Shown in pieces: positions 17,264 to 26,703 of a DNA stretch of 36,349 bases; position 1 is the stretch's first letter; every line of letters starts with the position of its first letter. The notes under the pieces are model-generated. The model ran no database searches and was not told where the DNA came from. It worked only from the letters and a program-made list of their open reading frames with translations. Source of the DNA: Gammaproteobacteria bacterium (GTDB taxonomy: Bacteria > Pseudomonadota > Gammaproteobacteria > SG8-11); the NCBI GenBank assembly GCA_024641505.1, contig JAHECY010000026.1, positions 7,568 to 43,916 of the forward strand. Direction: 5' to 3'. Position numbers and translations under genes: made by a program.

Positions 17264-17746
17264 TTAGTGTCCCGTCCGGTGTTTTCCGGGCGTTCTCTGC
17301 CGGCTGGTGGCGTTGGTCTCGGAACAGTCGTATTTATAGTCGAACGCCAGTAACATGCATTTAAAACCGGCGGCAAACTCATTGCTCAAGCAGAGGAGTT
17401 TTTCCACAAACGCCTGATCTTTTGTTGCCGTGTTTTCCAGGCATGTGGCGTTCAAATAGAAATTCCACTGCAGGTGCTGTATCGGATGCCGCCACGATTG
17501 CATTGCCGGATTAACCCAGATGCCGCTATCGCCGTCACCGGTGCCAACCAGATGGGTATGGCTGTCCCAAACCTGTTGTGCATCCAAACCCTCCCACGCC
17601 GCGGCCACGAGCTCATGTTGCGCCAATGTTTCCGGGAGCCCCGTTTCCGGGCAAGGGTTCCACAAGCCACCGTCAAGGCGAACGTGATCGCAGGCCGTGT
17701 TGAGCAGGCTCGCGCCGCACAGGGTGAGGAATTCCCGTCGTTTCAT
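17264..17746 (-). CDS. Tat-signal protein, possible truncated amidohydrolase-like remnant
   Basis: The product begins MKRREFLTLCGASLL (twin-arginine motif) and has a DSHTHLVGTG motif, but is only 160 aa. It ends 23 bp from the convergent NUDIX gene. Confidence 0.45.
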   Translation of the reverse strand: MKRREFLTLCGASLLNTACDHVRLDGGLWNPCPETGLPETLAQHELVAAAWEGLDAQQVWDSHTHLVGTGDGDSGIWVNPAMQSWRHPIQHLQWNFYLNATCLENTATKDQAFVEKLLCLSNEFAAGFKCMLLAFDYKYDCSETNATSRQRTPGKHRTGH

Positions 17747-17960
17747 TTTTTAAGACATGCTTCGGTGCGGCCTGTGTTATGTCATGGAGGTCATGGTAGG
17801 GTTTTTGTCTATGGTGTCGGTGAAATATGTAAAAAAAATGGACATGGTAACACCCGAATGATAATTCTTGGTCTGGAGGTTGTGTGTGGTCAGATAGGTT
17901 CTAGCGCTCGCGCCACAGTGGCGTGAGCGAGCTATGCACCAGAATGTCGAGGTTTACCTG

Positions 17961-19655
17961 CTAGTGCATCCCACGACCACCCGCGGTGATGGTAACCGTG
18001 CTTGAGCTGCCGTTGGCGCCGTTACCGTCGGTGGCAGTGATAATGACGGCGCCGGCAATGAGCCCCGTTAGTAAACCGTTGGCATTGATCGTGGCGCTGA
18101 TAGGGTTGCTTACCGACCAGGTGTAGGAGCCGATGCCGCCAGTGGCGCTGAATTGCAGGGAGGCGCCGGTGGCGAGAGCAGCGACCTGGGGGGTGACCAC
18201 GATGTTGGCGCTGGCAGCGCTGATGGTAACGACGCCACTGCTGCCGGTGAAGCCGTTGGCATCGGTGGCGCTGACCACGACCGTGCCGGCGGCGGTGCCG
18301 GTGAGCACGCCGCTGGTCGCGTCGATGGTGGCGCTGGCGGCATTGTTTATCGCCCAGGTGTAGGGTGCGCGGCTGCCGCCAGTGGCGGTGAATTGCCGGG
18401 CTGCGCCTACGCCCAAGGTGGTGTTGAAGGGCGATATGGTGATAATCGGGGCGACGGCCAAAATAGTAAGCGGATCGCTGCGTCCGCTATTGCCAAGTTC
18501 ATCGGTGGCAATGACTGCTACCGTGCCCGCCGTGAGCGCGGTCAACACACCGAGATTGCTGATGTTGGCGATTGTGATATCAGTGGTGGACCAGGTGACA
18601 GCGCCGATGCCGCCGGTGGCGCTGAAGGTTTGGCTATCGCCAATAATCAACACTGCCGTGATCGGAGTCACGCTCAGCGGCGTGCTGTCGGTTATGTTGA
18701 TGGCGCCGCTGCTGCCGCTGATGGCGTTGGCATCCATAGCGCTCACGGTAATCACGCCCGGAGCGAGCGCCGTGAGCAGGCCACTGGCGTCGATAGTGGC
18801 GACGGTGCTGTCGCTGGTGCTCCAGGCGTAAGGCAAGGCGCCGCCACTGGCGGTGAACTGCAATGTAGCGCGGCTCGCCAAAGTGCCGGTGCCGGGACTA
18901 ACCTCGACGCGGCGCACCTCAATGTTGCCGGATGTGACGCTAACGCCGTTGCCGTCGGTGGCGCTCACCACCATGGTGCCCGCGCCCACCCCAGTCAACA
19001 GACCGCTGCTGCTGATGCTGGCGACGGCGGCGTTGCTGCTGGACCAGACTATGGCGCCGACGCCACCGGTGACGGTGAAGCGCAACACCTGACCGATACC
19101 CAGGATGCCGGTTTGCGGCGTGATGCTCAAGGGCGCGGGTGGCGGTGGCGGCGGTGCCGCGGCGCTGACATTGATGGTGCCGCTGCTGGCGGAGAAGCCG
19201 TTGACGTCCACGGCGCTGACGCGCGTAGTGCCGGCGTTAACCGCGGTCAGTACCCCGGTGCTCGCGTCGATCGTGGCCACCAGACCGTTGCTGCTGCTCC
19301 AGGTATAGGGTGCGTTACCACCGATGGCGGTAAATTGCAGGTTGTCGGCCACGGTCAGATTGGCGCTTTGAGGGGCAACTTCCAGGCTGACGATGTTGAT
19401 ACTGCCGGTGGATACGCTGCTGCCCGTGTTATCGGTTACCGTGACGGCGGTGTTGCCCGCGGCCAGTGCGGTCAACAAACCGGAGATGCTGTTGATGGTG
19501 GCGACCACCGGATTATCGACGCTGTAGGTGTAAGGGGTTACACCACCGGCGGCATTGAATTGCAGCGTGCCGCCGAGCGCCAGAGTGCCGGACTGTGGCG
19601 TCAAGGTCAGGGCCGGCATGGGTGGCGGGGCGGGGGGCGCGGGTGTTGCTGCCGC
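17961..19655 (-). repeat. intragenic tandem repeats (about 7 x 260 bp) encoding the Big_2 domains
   Basis: Nucleotide-level repetition is visible, for example around 18150 and 18380. This is the source of many long spurious antisense ORFs in this region of the track. Confidence 0.7.
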
Positions 19656-20945
19656 AACGCTGCTGACCGCGTTAAACGCATTGAGTCGGCCGCCGGTCAC
19701 GGTGCGTCCAGCCAGCGCCGGCAGCGCATCGGTGGTGCTGAGGATGGCGGTGCGTAATTCCGTCACGGACAGCTCGGGATTGGCCGCCAGTACCAGACCC
19801 GCTACGCCGGTGACGTGGGGCGCCGCCATGGACGTACCGCTGTATGCGGCATAAGCGTTATTGCGGATGGTGCTGACGATGCCCACGCCGGGTGCGCCCA
19901 GATCCACCGAATTGACACCGAAGTTGGAGAATGTCGCCAGCCGGTCGCTGCTGTCGGTGGCGGCGACGGACAGGACATTTGCCAGATCGTAGTCGGCAGG
20001 GTAACTGGGGCGGTTGTCGGTGTTGGCGCCGTTATTGCCGGCGGCGGCCACGAACAGCACGCCGGCGTTATTGGCGGCGGCGATGGCATTGAACATGGCG
20101 TTACTGAAACCGGCCCCGCCCCAACTGGCGTTGATCACCTTGGCGCCGTTGCGCACCGCATACTGAATGGCGCCCACCGCGGCGGCCACGCCACCGGCGC
20201 CGGCAGCGGTCATGAATTTCACGGGCATGATGCGGGCGGACCAGTTGATGCCCGTCACGCCTATGGCGTTGTTGCCCAGTGCCGCGATGGTGCCGGACAC
20301 ATGGGTGCCATGGTTGTTGTCATCGACGGGATCATTGTCGTTATTGGCGAAGTCCCAGCCGCGGATATCATCTATGTAACCGTTGCCATCGTCGTCGATG
20401 CGATTGTTGGCGATCTCTCCGGCATTCCGCCAGATGTTGGCGGCCAGATCGTTGTGATTGTAATCCACTCCGGTATCGATCACGGCGATCACCGTGTCGG
20501 CGCCGGTTTGCAGATCCCAGGCCTCGGGAGCATCGATGTCGGCATCCACGACGCCGCCGGTTTGACCGCTATTGTTCAGGCCGTACAGGTCGGCGAAACG
20601 GGGGTCGTTGGGAATGTCGGCTGCGGTAAGCATGTAATTGGGTTCGGCGTATTCGACATTCGGGTCCAGAGCGAGCAGGCTGATGGTTTGCGCGGTGTTC
20701 AGACCGGAGGTGATGCGGGCATAGGTCAGTCCGGACACCAGCGTGAAGTTCTGCACGCCGCGGCAACCGGCGGAGCGCAAGCTGCGTGTCTGGTTACGCA
20801 GACTGGTGGTGCTGCGGAATTTTATCAGGATGCCACCGGCTTCGGCGGCCGCCGGCGCCTGGCCTTCAACGGCGAAACCCGTTGCCGGCACCAGCATGGC
20901 TCCGACGATGACGCAAAGACAAACGAAGGTATTTCGTATCCGCAT
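17961..20945 (-). CDS. secreted subtilisin-family (S8) serine protease with propeptide and seven C-terminal Big_2 (bacterial Ig-like) repeats
   Basis: The product has a signal peptide and the S8 catalytic motifs Asp (VIDTGVD), His (HGTHVSGT) and Ser (GTSMAAPHV). About seven units of roughly 85-90 aa then each contain LQFTA(T)GG...Y(T/A)WS. Confidence 0.85.
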   Translation of the reverse strand: MRIRNTFVCLCVIVGAMLVPATGFAVEGQAPAAAEAGGILIKFRSTTSLRNQTRSLRSAGCRGVQNFTLVSGLTYARITSGLNTAQTISLLALDPNVEYAEPNYMLTAADIPNDPRFADLYGLNNSGQTGGVVDADIDAPEAWDLQTGADTVIAVIDTGVDYNHNDLAANIWRNAGEIANNRIDDDGNGYIDDIRGWDFANNDNDPVDDNNHGTHVSGTIAALGNNAIGVTGINWSARIMPVKFMTAAGAGGVAAAVGAIQYAVRNGAKVINASWGGAGFSNAMFNAIAAANNAGVLFVAAAGNNGANTDNRPSYPADYDLANVLSVAATDSSDRLATFSNFGVNSVDLGAPGVGIVSTIRNNAYAAYSGTSMAAPHVTGVAGLVLAANPELSVTELRTAILSTTDALPALAGRTVTGGRLNAFNAVSSVAAATPAPPAPPPMPALTLTPQSGTLALGGTLQFNAAGGVTPYTYSVDNPVVATINSISGLLTALAAGNTAVTVTDNTGSSVSTGSINIVSLEVAPQSANLTVADNLQFTAIGGNAPYTWSSSNGLVATIDASTGVLTAVNAGTTRVSAVDVNGFSASSGTINVSAAAPPPPPPAPLSITPQTGILGIGQVLRFTVTGGVGAIVWSSSNAAVASISSSGLLTGVGAGTMVVSATDGNGVSVTSGNIEVRRVEVSPGTGTLASRATLQFTASGGALPYAWSTSDSTVATIDASGLLTALAPGVITVSAMDANAISGSSGAINITDSTPLSVTPITAVLIIGDSQTFSATGGIGAVTWSTTDITIANISNLGVLTALTAGTVAVIATDELGNSGRSDPLTILAVAPIITISPFNTTLGVGAARQFTATGGSRAPYTWAINNAASATIDATSGVLTGTAAGTVVVSATDANGFTGSSGVVTISAASANIVVTPQVAALATGASLQFSATGGIGSYTWSVSNPISATINANGLLTGLIAGAVIITATDGNGANGSSSTVTITAGGRGMH

Positions 20946-21294
20946 AACTCGCCCCTGCAGTGTTCCGGGTCTGGTAACCCGGTGTGGTTATTCCACGTGC
21001 TGGTAAAACGGCAACCACTGGTTGCTCTCATGGAGCAGCGGTAGCACGGACGACGGAGTGGTAGAAAAATTGTGGCGCTATTGTACGCTTAAACGGCGCT
21101 GACCATCAAACTGGAAGGATAAAGAGGTTTTGCGGCGGATGACCGTCGAGGTCTGTTGTTTCGTCATGGGGCTTCGGACACCTTTTTTTCAGTGGGTGTG
21201 AATGTCGTCCATAGTGACATCCAACAAGCGTGCGTTTCCGCCTGATCAAGTGACAGGTCAATGCGCTGAGCCACAGGTACGCGCTACTACCCTC

Positions 21295-21321
21295 AAAAAA
21301 GCTGCCAGGGCCGGTGGCTGC
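21295..21321 (-). terminator. likely intrinsic terminator of speA
   Basis: Plus-strand AAAAAA is followed by GCTGCCAGGGCCGGTGGCTGC. On the minus strand this is a 6-bp stem with one mismatch and a 7-nt loop, then U6. It lies about 50 bp after the speA stop. Confidence 0.45.
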
Positions 21322-21367
21322 CGCTTGGTTGCGAGCTGCAGCCAAGCGCAGGCTTGACGCGGCGCAT

Positions 21368-23272
21368 TCAATCTTCGAGATAGGTGTATCCGGTAAGCCC
21401 GGTTTCCAGAGCTTGCAACGTGGCCGCGCTTTGCGCCGCATTCAGGTTTGCCGCTTGCACCTTGGCACGGAACGCCGCCAGCAATTCCTGGGCGTCGTAC
21501 TTCACATACCGCAGTACCGTGTCCACGGTGTCCCCTTGCAGGGGTTGCGATAAGGTGTAGCCGCCGTCCTGGTCGAGGGTGACATTGATGGAGTCCGTGT
21601 CACCGAACAAGTTGTGCATGTCACCCAGAATTTCCTGATAGGCGCCGGTGAGGAAGATGGCGAGCATGTAGGGGTGATCGTGTTCAAAGGCGTGCAAAGG
21701 CAAACTGGATTCCAGACCTTCACCGTCCACATAGCTGTCGACCCGACCGTCGGAATCGCAGGTGATGTCCTGCAAGATGGCGCGGCATGTCGGCTTCTGT
21801 GCCAGACGGTGAATGGGGACAATGGGGAAGATCTGGTCGATGGCCCAGATATCCGGCAGCGATTGGAAAATGGATAAGTTTAAAAAATATTTATCCGCGA
21901 GCTTTTCATTGAGCTCGTCGTGCAGTTCCCGGTGCGCCTTGATATTGGGTTGCAGACGGCCCTGCACCTGCCGGCAGATGGCCAGGTAACGTTCCTCTGC
22001 CTGAGCCCGGTCGCTCAGGGTGATGACACCGTGGGTATACATTTCCTGAATCTGGCTCAGCCAATAGGAAGCATCGTGATAGGCTTCCAGCAGCGACACA
22101 CTCTGCCGGTTCTGTTGCAGCTGGCGCAGCAACGCATGCAGATCCACCAGCGCCAGGGGCGCATCGTGCGCCAGGGTTTCCTCGATGCGGGTGCCGCCGG
22201 CATTGTCGATATCGATGACGTTGGCGATCAGTACCGCGTGGTGCGCGGTGAGGGCGCGTCCGGACTCAGAAATAATATTGGGGTGGGGCAGTTTGCGTTG
22301 TTCGCAGGTTTCCCAGATGGCCGCCACCACATTCTTGGCGTATTCGTCCACGGTGTAATTACGGGAGCAGTAGCTGCGGGAGCGGGTGCCTTCATAGTCG
22401 ATGCCCAGACCGCCACCGACGTCGATGGTGTCGATGGGAATGTCCATGGCGAGCATTTCCGCATAGAACTGGCTGCATTCCTTGAGCCCGCCCTGGATGC
22501 TGCGGATATTGGGCAGTTGCGAACCCAGATGAAAATGCAGCAGGCGCAGACAATCCACCATGTCGTGCTGGCGTAACTGATCGATAATCTGCAAGGTTTG
22601 GCTGGCGGACAGGCCGAACTTGGATTTTTCGCCCCCGGAATTTTGCCATTTGCCTTCGCCGGCGGACGCCAACCGCAGGCGTATGCCCAGCAGCGGCTTA
22701 ATGCCGCTGGACTGGGATTCCTTGATAATGATTTTCAGTTCCGACAGCTTTTCGATAACGATAAAGCTGCGCATGCCCAGTTGATTGCCGATCAAGGCGA
22801 GGCGGATGTACTCCGCGTCCTTATAGCCATTACAAATGATGGTGCTGCCATTGGCGGGCGATTTCGCCAACACCGCCAGCAATTCCGGTTTGCTGCCGGC
22901 TTCCAGTCCGACCCGGCTGCCGCCGTGACGCAGGATTTCGCTGACCACCGTATGGTGTTGATTGACCTTGATGGGGTAAACCGCGGTATAGCGCCCCTGA
23001 TACTCATATTCTTTTATGGCCTTGCTGAAGGCGCCGACCAGGGTGTCGATGCGATCCGCCAGGATATCGGTAAAGCGCACCACCACCGGGCAGGACAGCT
23101 TGTGGGCGGCCAATTTCTCCGTCAATTCATGCAGATCGATGCGCGTACCCGTGGCGGCGCGCCGGGGAGAAACCACCAGATGCCCCAGGTCATTGATGTC
23201 GACGTAACCCTCCCCCCAATGGGCGAGGTTATACAGCGCGCGGGAATGGGAAATGGACCAGTCGCCGGACAT
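21368..23272 (-). CDS. speA: biosynthetic arginine decarboxylase
   Basis: The product matches SpeA along its length (MSGDWSISHSRALYN..., VVVRFTDIL, HFHLGSQ). The start is set at MSGDW (23272) instead of the track's 23356. Confidence 0.9.
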   Translation of the reverse strand: MSGDWSISHSRALYNLAHWGEGYVDINDLGHLVVSPRRAATGTRIDLHELTEKLAAHKLSCPVVVRFTDILADRIDTLVGAFSKAIKEYEYQGRYTAVYPIKVNQHHTVVSEILRHGGSRVGLEAGSKPELLAVLAKSPANGSTIICNGYKDAEYIRLALIGNQLGMRSFIVIEKLSELKIIIKESQSSGIKPLLGIRLRLASAGEGKWQNSGGEKSKFGLSASQTLQIIDQLRQHDMVDCLRLLHFHLGSQLPNIRSIQGGLKECSQFYAEMLAMDIPIDTIDVGGGLGIDYEGTRSRSYCSRNYTVDEYAKNVVAAIWETCEQRKLPHPNIISESGRALTAHHAVLIANVIDIDNAGGTRIEETLAHDAPLALVDLHALLRQLQQNRQSVSLLEAYHDASYWLSQIQEMYTHGVITLSDRAQAEERYLAICRQVQGRLQPNIKAHRELHDELNEKLADKYFLNLSIFQSLPDIWAIDQIFPIVPIHRLAQKPTCRAILQDITCDSDGRVDSYVDGEGLESSLPLHAFEHDHPYMLAIFLTGAYQEILGDMHNLFGDTDSINVTLDQDGGYTLSQPLQGDTVDTVLRYVKYDAQELLAAFRAKVQAANLNAAQSAATLQALETGLTGYTYLED

Positions 23273-23385
23273 GATGGGATTTTCAGCCTTATATAAACAC
23301 CAGGATTGCGAGTATACTATGAATCCATAAAAGACAGCAGCTGCGCTGTGCCCCACAGATAATCGCCCCCAGGAGTTTCAGGCCC

Positions 23386-24237
23386 ATGCAAGACAGTTTT
23401 ATCGAGAGAAATAAGGAAGGCGGCATCGGATTCTCGTTCGATGTGAAAGCCAAGTTACACGCGGAACAGACGCCTTATCAATCGATCGAGATTTACGAGA
23501 CCACCAAGTTCGGCCGCCTGATGGTCATCGATGGCTGCATCATGCTCACGGACCGGGACAATTTTCTGTACCACGAAATGATGTCCCACCCGGTGCTGTT
23601 TACCCATGACGCCCCCAAAGATGTGCTGATTATCGGCGGCGGCGACTGCGGCACCATGAAAGAGGTGCTGAAGCATGACAGCGTGACCCGGGTGGAACAA
23701 GTGGATATCGATGAGCGGGTGACTCGCTTGAGCGAAGAGTATTTCCCTGATTTGTGTGCCAGTAACGATGATCCACGGGCGTCGTTGCACTTCGTCGACG
23801 GTATCAAATGGATCAAGGACGCGACGCCGGAAAGCTACGATATCATCATCATTGACAGCACCGACCCGGTGGGTCCCGCCGAGGGCCTGTTCACTGCGCC
23901 GTTTTATCGGGATTGCTATCGGGCCCTGCGCAAAGGCGGCATTATCGTGCAGCAGAGCGAGTCGCCGCTGCTGCACATGTATATCCTGGAAGCCATGCAC
24001 CGGGATCTGAAAGCCTCGGATTTTTCGTCGGTGGCGACGGTATTTTTCCCGCAGACGGTTTATCCCTCCGGCTGGTGGTCCGCTACCATGGGCGGCAAAG
24101 GCCGGAATGTGCGTAGCTACCGGGAATCGGACGCTCGTGGCAAGTCTTTCGCCACGCGCTATTACAATGCCGATATTCACCGCGGCGCGCTGGCGATGCC
24201 GGAATTTTTCCGGGAGAGGCTCGCCGGTCAGGACTGA
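23386..24237 (+). CDS. speE: spermidine synthase (polyamine aminopropyltransferase)
   Basis: The product has VLIIGGGDCG and IIIIDSTDPVGPAEGLF motifs. The gene is divergent from speA. Confidence 0.9.
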   Translation: MQDSFIERNKEGGIGFSFDVKAKLHAEQTPYQSIEIYETTKFGRLMVIDGCIMLTDRDNFLYHEMMSHPVLFTHDAPKDVLIIGGGDCGTMKEVLKHDSVTRVEQVDIDERVTRLSEEYFPDLCASNDDPRASLHFVDGIKWIKDATPESYDIIIIDSTDPVGPAEGLFTAPFYRDCYRALRKGGIIVQQSESPLLHMYILEAMHRDLKASDFSSVATVFFPQTVYPSGWWSATMGGKGRNVRSYRESDARGKSFATRYYNADIHRGALAMPEFFRERLAGQD

Positions 24238-24293
24238 TTGTCGAACGGGGCGGGACCAGGGAAGATCAGTCGGGTGCCGGAACGGGAGCGCCG

Positions 24294-24770
24294 CTACTTG
24301 CAGCGTTCCTTGATATTGGCTTGGGTCTTGACGATGTCTTGCTCGCGGTCGGCATCACTTTTGAAAACCTGATTGCCGTTTTCGTCACGATCGATGATAC
24401 GCAGCCCTTCCTGAAGGTTTTTCAGGTGATCGCGCAGGTTCTTGCATTCGGTGTCGATGGCGTCCTGTTTTTTCCTGTCGTCCGCGGCGGTTTCTTTTTT
24501 CTTGAGGCGTTCTTCTTTTTTCTTCAATAGTTCTTCGCTTACCGTCTTCAGGGTATCTTTGCTTTCGGAGCCGAGATTGCTGGACCCGCTGGGTGGCTCG
24601 GAGCGGACGTTCAGGGTTTCGACCTTGGCGCCGTTGGGGGCATCGCCATAGTGGATTTTGCCGGTCTCGTCGACCCACTTATAGACCTGCCGGGCCCAGG
24701 CATGACCAGCCATCAAGGTCAGAGCGAGCAAGATAAGGCTGAATAAGCTGAAAAGACGTAGTGAGCGCAT
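24294..24770 (-). CDS. DUF4124 domain periplasmic protein
   Basis: A signal peptide is followed by the YKWVDETGKIHYGD motif. The rest is lysine- and glutamate-rich and low in complexity. Confidence 0.7.
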   Translation of the reverse strand: MRSLRLFSLFSLILLALTLMAGHAWARQVYKWVDETGKIHYGDAPNGAKVETLNVRSEPPSGSSNLGSESKDTLKTVSEELLKKKEERLKKKETAADDRKKQDAIDTECKNLRDHLKNLQEGLRIIDRDENGNQVFKSDADREQDIVKTQANIKERCK

Positions 24771-24785
24771 GGTAATCCGGGTTTT

Positions 24786-24808
24786 CGATAATTATTGCTC
24801 TATTATCG
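24786..24808. promoter_or_regulatory. palindrome CGATAAT-N9-ATTATCG in the DUF4124 promoter region
   Basis: Read directly. It lies 16-38 bp upstream of the start codon. A third CGATTATT copy sits at 24821. Confidence 0.3.
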
Positions 24809-24821
24809 GTCGATTCCCCGA

Positions 24822-25622
24822 TTATTTGAGCGTCCGCAGGCGGTCCAAGCGCAGGCGATGGCGTTCGTCGAACAGGCGGCGCGCCGTGAAATGGCCTGCC
24901 AGCAGCGTACTGAAACCGGTGCTGGCGGTGATTAGAAACATTATCAATATCTGGTATTTCACCGCTTCCAGGGGGGCGGTGCCGGACAGGATCTGGCCGG
25001 TCATCATCCCCGGCAGGCTGACCAGGCCGGCGGCGGCCATGCCGTTGATGATGGGAATCATGCCGGTACGGATACTGTCCCGCAGCAGGTCACGGATGGC
25101 CGTCGGCGCGCTGTCGCCCAGTATTAATTGAGCTTCAATGATGGCGCGGTTCTGGATGATGCTGGTGGTCAGTCGATCAACGCTCAGCGCCACCCCGTTC
25201 ATGGTATTGCCCAGCATCATACCCAGCAGGGGAACGGCATACTGGGGTTGATACCAGGGCTGCGGTTGGATGATCACCACCAAGGCGAGAATGGTGATGC
25301 AGAAAGATGATACGAACATGGTGGAAATGCCGATGGTATAGGACCATGGACCCGTGAAGCGGTGTTTTTGGCGTGCCGTGACTTCGTATCCCGCGACCGA
25401 CACCATGACCACGCTGATGGCGACGATCCAGGCCACATGCACATTGTCGAACAGTATTTTGAGTACCAGGCCAATGAGCAGCAGTTGTATGACCGTACGC
25501 GTCGCGGCGATCAACAGGGAAGCGGTGACTCCCATATGGGTGAAGTGAGAGATCAATGCCAGGATCACGATCAACGATGCCGTCAGTGTCAGATCCAAGG
25601 GCGTGAGCAATATCAGCGTCAT
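24822..25622 (-). CDS. fetB: iron-export ABC transporter permease FetB (UPF0014/YbbM)
   Basis: The product is collinear with E. coli FetB as I recall it (LVSLPGMM.G, KYQI...F.....STL.A). Confidence 0.8.
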   Translation of the reverse strand: MTLILLTPLDLTLTASLIVILALISHFTHMGVTASLLIAATRTVIQLLLIGLVLKILFDNVHVAWIVAISVVMVSVAGYEVTARQKHRFTGPWSYTIGISTMFVSSFCITILALVVIIQPQPWYQPQYAVPLLGMMLGNTMNGVALSVDRLTTSIIQNRAIIEAQLILGDSAPTAIRDLLRDSIRTGMIPIINGMAAAGLVSLPGMMTGQILSGTAPLEAVKYQILIMFLITASTGFSTLLAGHFTARRLFDERHRLRLDRLRTLK

Positions 25623-26209
25623 GGTCGGTCTTCGGGTACCAGGGTACCGTTAGTGATGACCAAATGCCGATCAGTGATGCGTTTGATTTGGGCGGTGTCG
25701 TGGGAAGTCCAGAGCGCGCACGCCTGGGCGGTGTGCAAATAGTCCAAAATCAGGGTTTCCACCAGGTCTTTATTGCGTTGATCGAGGTTCGCCGTCGGTT
25801 CGTCCAGCAACAGTACCTTGGGTTGGTATTGCAGCAAGCGCAGCAGCGCCAGCCGTTGTCGTTCGCCGCTGGACCCCAAATGCACTTTTTGCTGCAAAAT
25901 ATCCGCCCGCAGATTTAACCGCGCTAGCTGCGCCGCATCCGGAATGTGTTGGAAGTGGGCGCAAAAGGTATCGTGCCACCAGTAATTTTCCGTGGTCAGC
26001 AGAGCGACCTGGCGGCGCCAGTCGGGACCGGACCAGTGGCTGCAGGTCAGGTTATCCAGGCAAACCGTACCCGTCGCCGGCTCCAAATCCGCCAGGGCGC
26101 GCAATAGTCGTGTCTTGCCGCTGCCCGAGGGGCCGGTGATGCTCGCGCACTCCGGGCTTTCGATCTGCAAATTTATGTCGGTGAGCCCGGGGATGGCGAC
26201 ATTGGTCAA
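25619..26209 (-). CDS. fetA: ABC transporter ATP-binding subunit FetA (YbbL)
   Basis: The product has a Walker A motif (GPSGSGKT), an ABC signature (LSGGERQRL) and a Walker B motif (LLLDEPT). It starts at TTG (26209), with an in-frame stop immediately upstream. Its stop overlaps the fetB start. Confidence 0.75.
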   Translation of the reverse strand: MTNVAIPGLTDINLQIESPECASITGPSGSGKTRLLRALADLEPATGTVCLDNLTCSHWSGPDWRRQVALLTTENYWWHDTFCAHFQHIPDAAQLARLNLRADILQQKVHLGSSGERQRLALLRLLQYQPKVLLLDEPTANLDQRNKDLVETLILDYLHTAQACALWTSHDTAQIKRITDRHLVITNGTLVPEDRP

Positions 26210-26244
26210 GGTGAATCGGGTCAGGGTGATGCTCCGCGCACAGG

Positions 26245-26263
26245 GATGCTCTATGATAGCATC
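26245..26263. promoter_or_regulatory. palindrome GATGCT-N7-AGCATC between the divergent fetA and CDGSH genes
   Basis: Read directly. The middle section (TATGATAGCAT) has a weak resemblance to a Fur-box half. Confidence 0.3.
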
Positions 26264-26295
26264 TCACCTACCCGTAACCGCACAGGAGAATCTAC

Positions 26296-26538
26296 ATGCC
26301 GCAACCGGAAATTGCCCAGAAAGCGCCGTACAAGGTTGATCTGGAACCGGGTAAGAAATACTGGTGGTGCCAATGTGGCAAATCCAGGAACCAGCCGTTT
26401 TGTGATGGTTCCCACAAGGATACAGATTTCAGTCCGGTAGCGTTCGAGGTTCAGGAAAAAGCGACGAAGTTTTTGTGCGGTTGCAAGCGCACCCAGACAC
26501 CGCCGTTTTGTGATGGCAGCCATAAAAAGTTGCCCTGA
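26296..26538 (+). CDS. CDGSH-type iron-sulfur domain protein (two CDGSH motifs)
   Basis: The 80-aa product contains two C-x-C-x8-CDGSH units. An AGGAG ribosome-binding site is present. Confidence 0.8.
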   Translation: MPQPEIAQKAPYKVDLEPGKKYWWCQCGKSRNQPFCDGSHKDTDFSPVAFEVQEKATKFLCGCKRTQTPPFCDGSHKKLP

Positions 26539-26651
26539 TAGCCTGCTTCGCGCTAACGCAAAAAATTCTTGTTGCGAAAGTTACCTGCAACAGGCGTTCG
26601 CTAATACCGTGTCGCGGTCATGTGTTTTTATGTTGGCGTGGTTGAGGTTGC

Positions 26652-26678
26652 AAAAAAAAACGGGCACCGAAGTGCCCG
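26652..26678 (-). terminator. intrinsic terminator of the glnK-amtB operon
   Basis: Plus-strand A9 is followed by CGGGCAC-CGAA-GTGCCCG. On the minus strand this is a GC-rich hairpin followed by U9, 25 bp after the amtB stop. Confidence 0.8.
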
Positions 26679-26703
26679 CGTTAGTTTCCATTAAAGGAGA
26701 GGA

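Noticed and set aside
17904-17932. Imperfect hairpin GCTCGCGCC...GGCGTGAGCGAGC 28 bp after the protease stop
   Set aside because: It has a bulged stem and no following T-run on the minus strand. It is not convincing as an intrinsic terminator.
18153-19757. 534-aa plus-strand ORF (and 19815-21044, 409 aa) antisense to the protease gene
   Set aside because: It is Gly/Ala/Arg-rich and low in complexity, produced by the GC-rich repeats of the Big_2 region. The opposite strand has a full-length, motif-complete S8 protease.
21150-21195. T7 run at 21187-21193 in the protease-speA intergenic region
   Set aside because: No preceding stable hairpin was found on the plus strand and no plus-strand gene lies upstream. 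Probably not a terminator.
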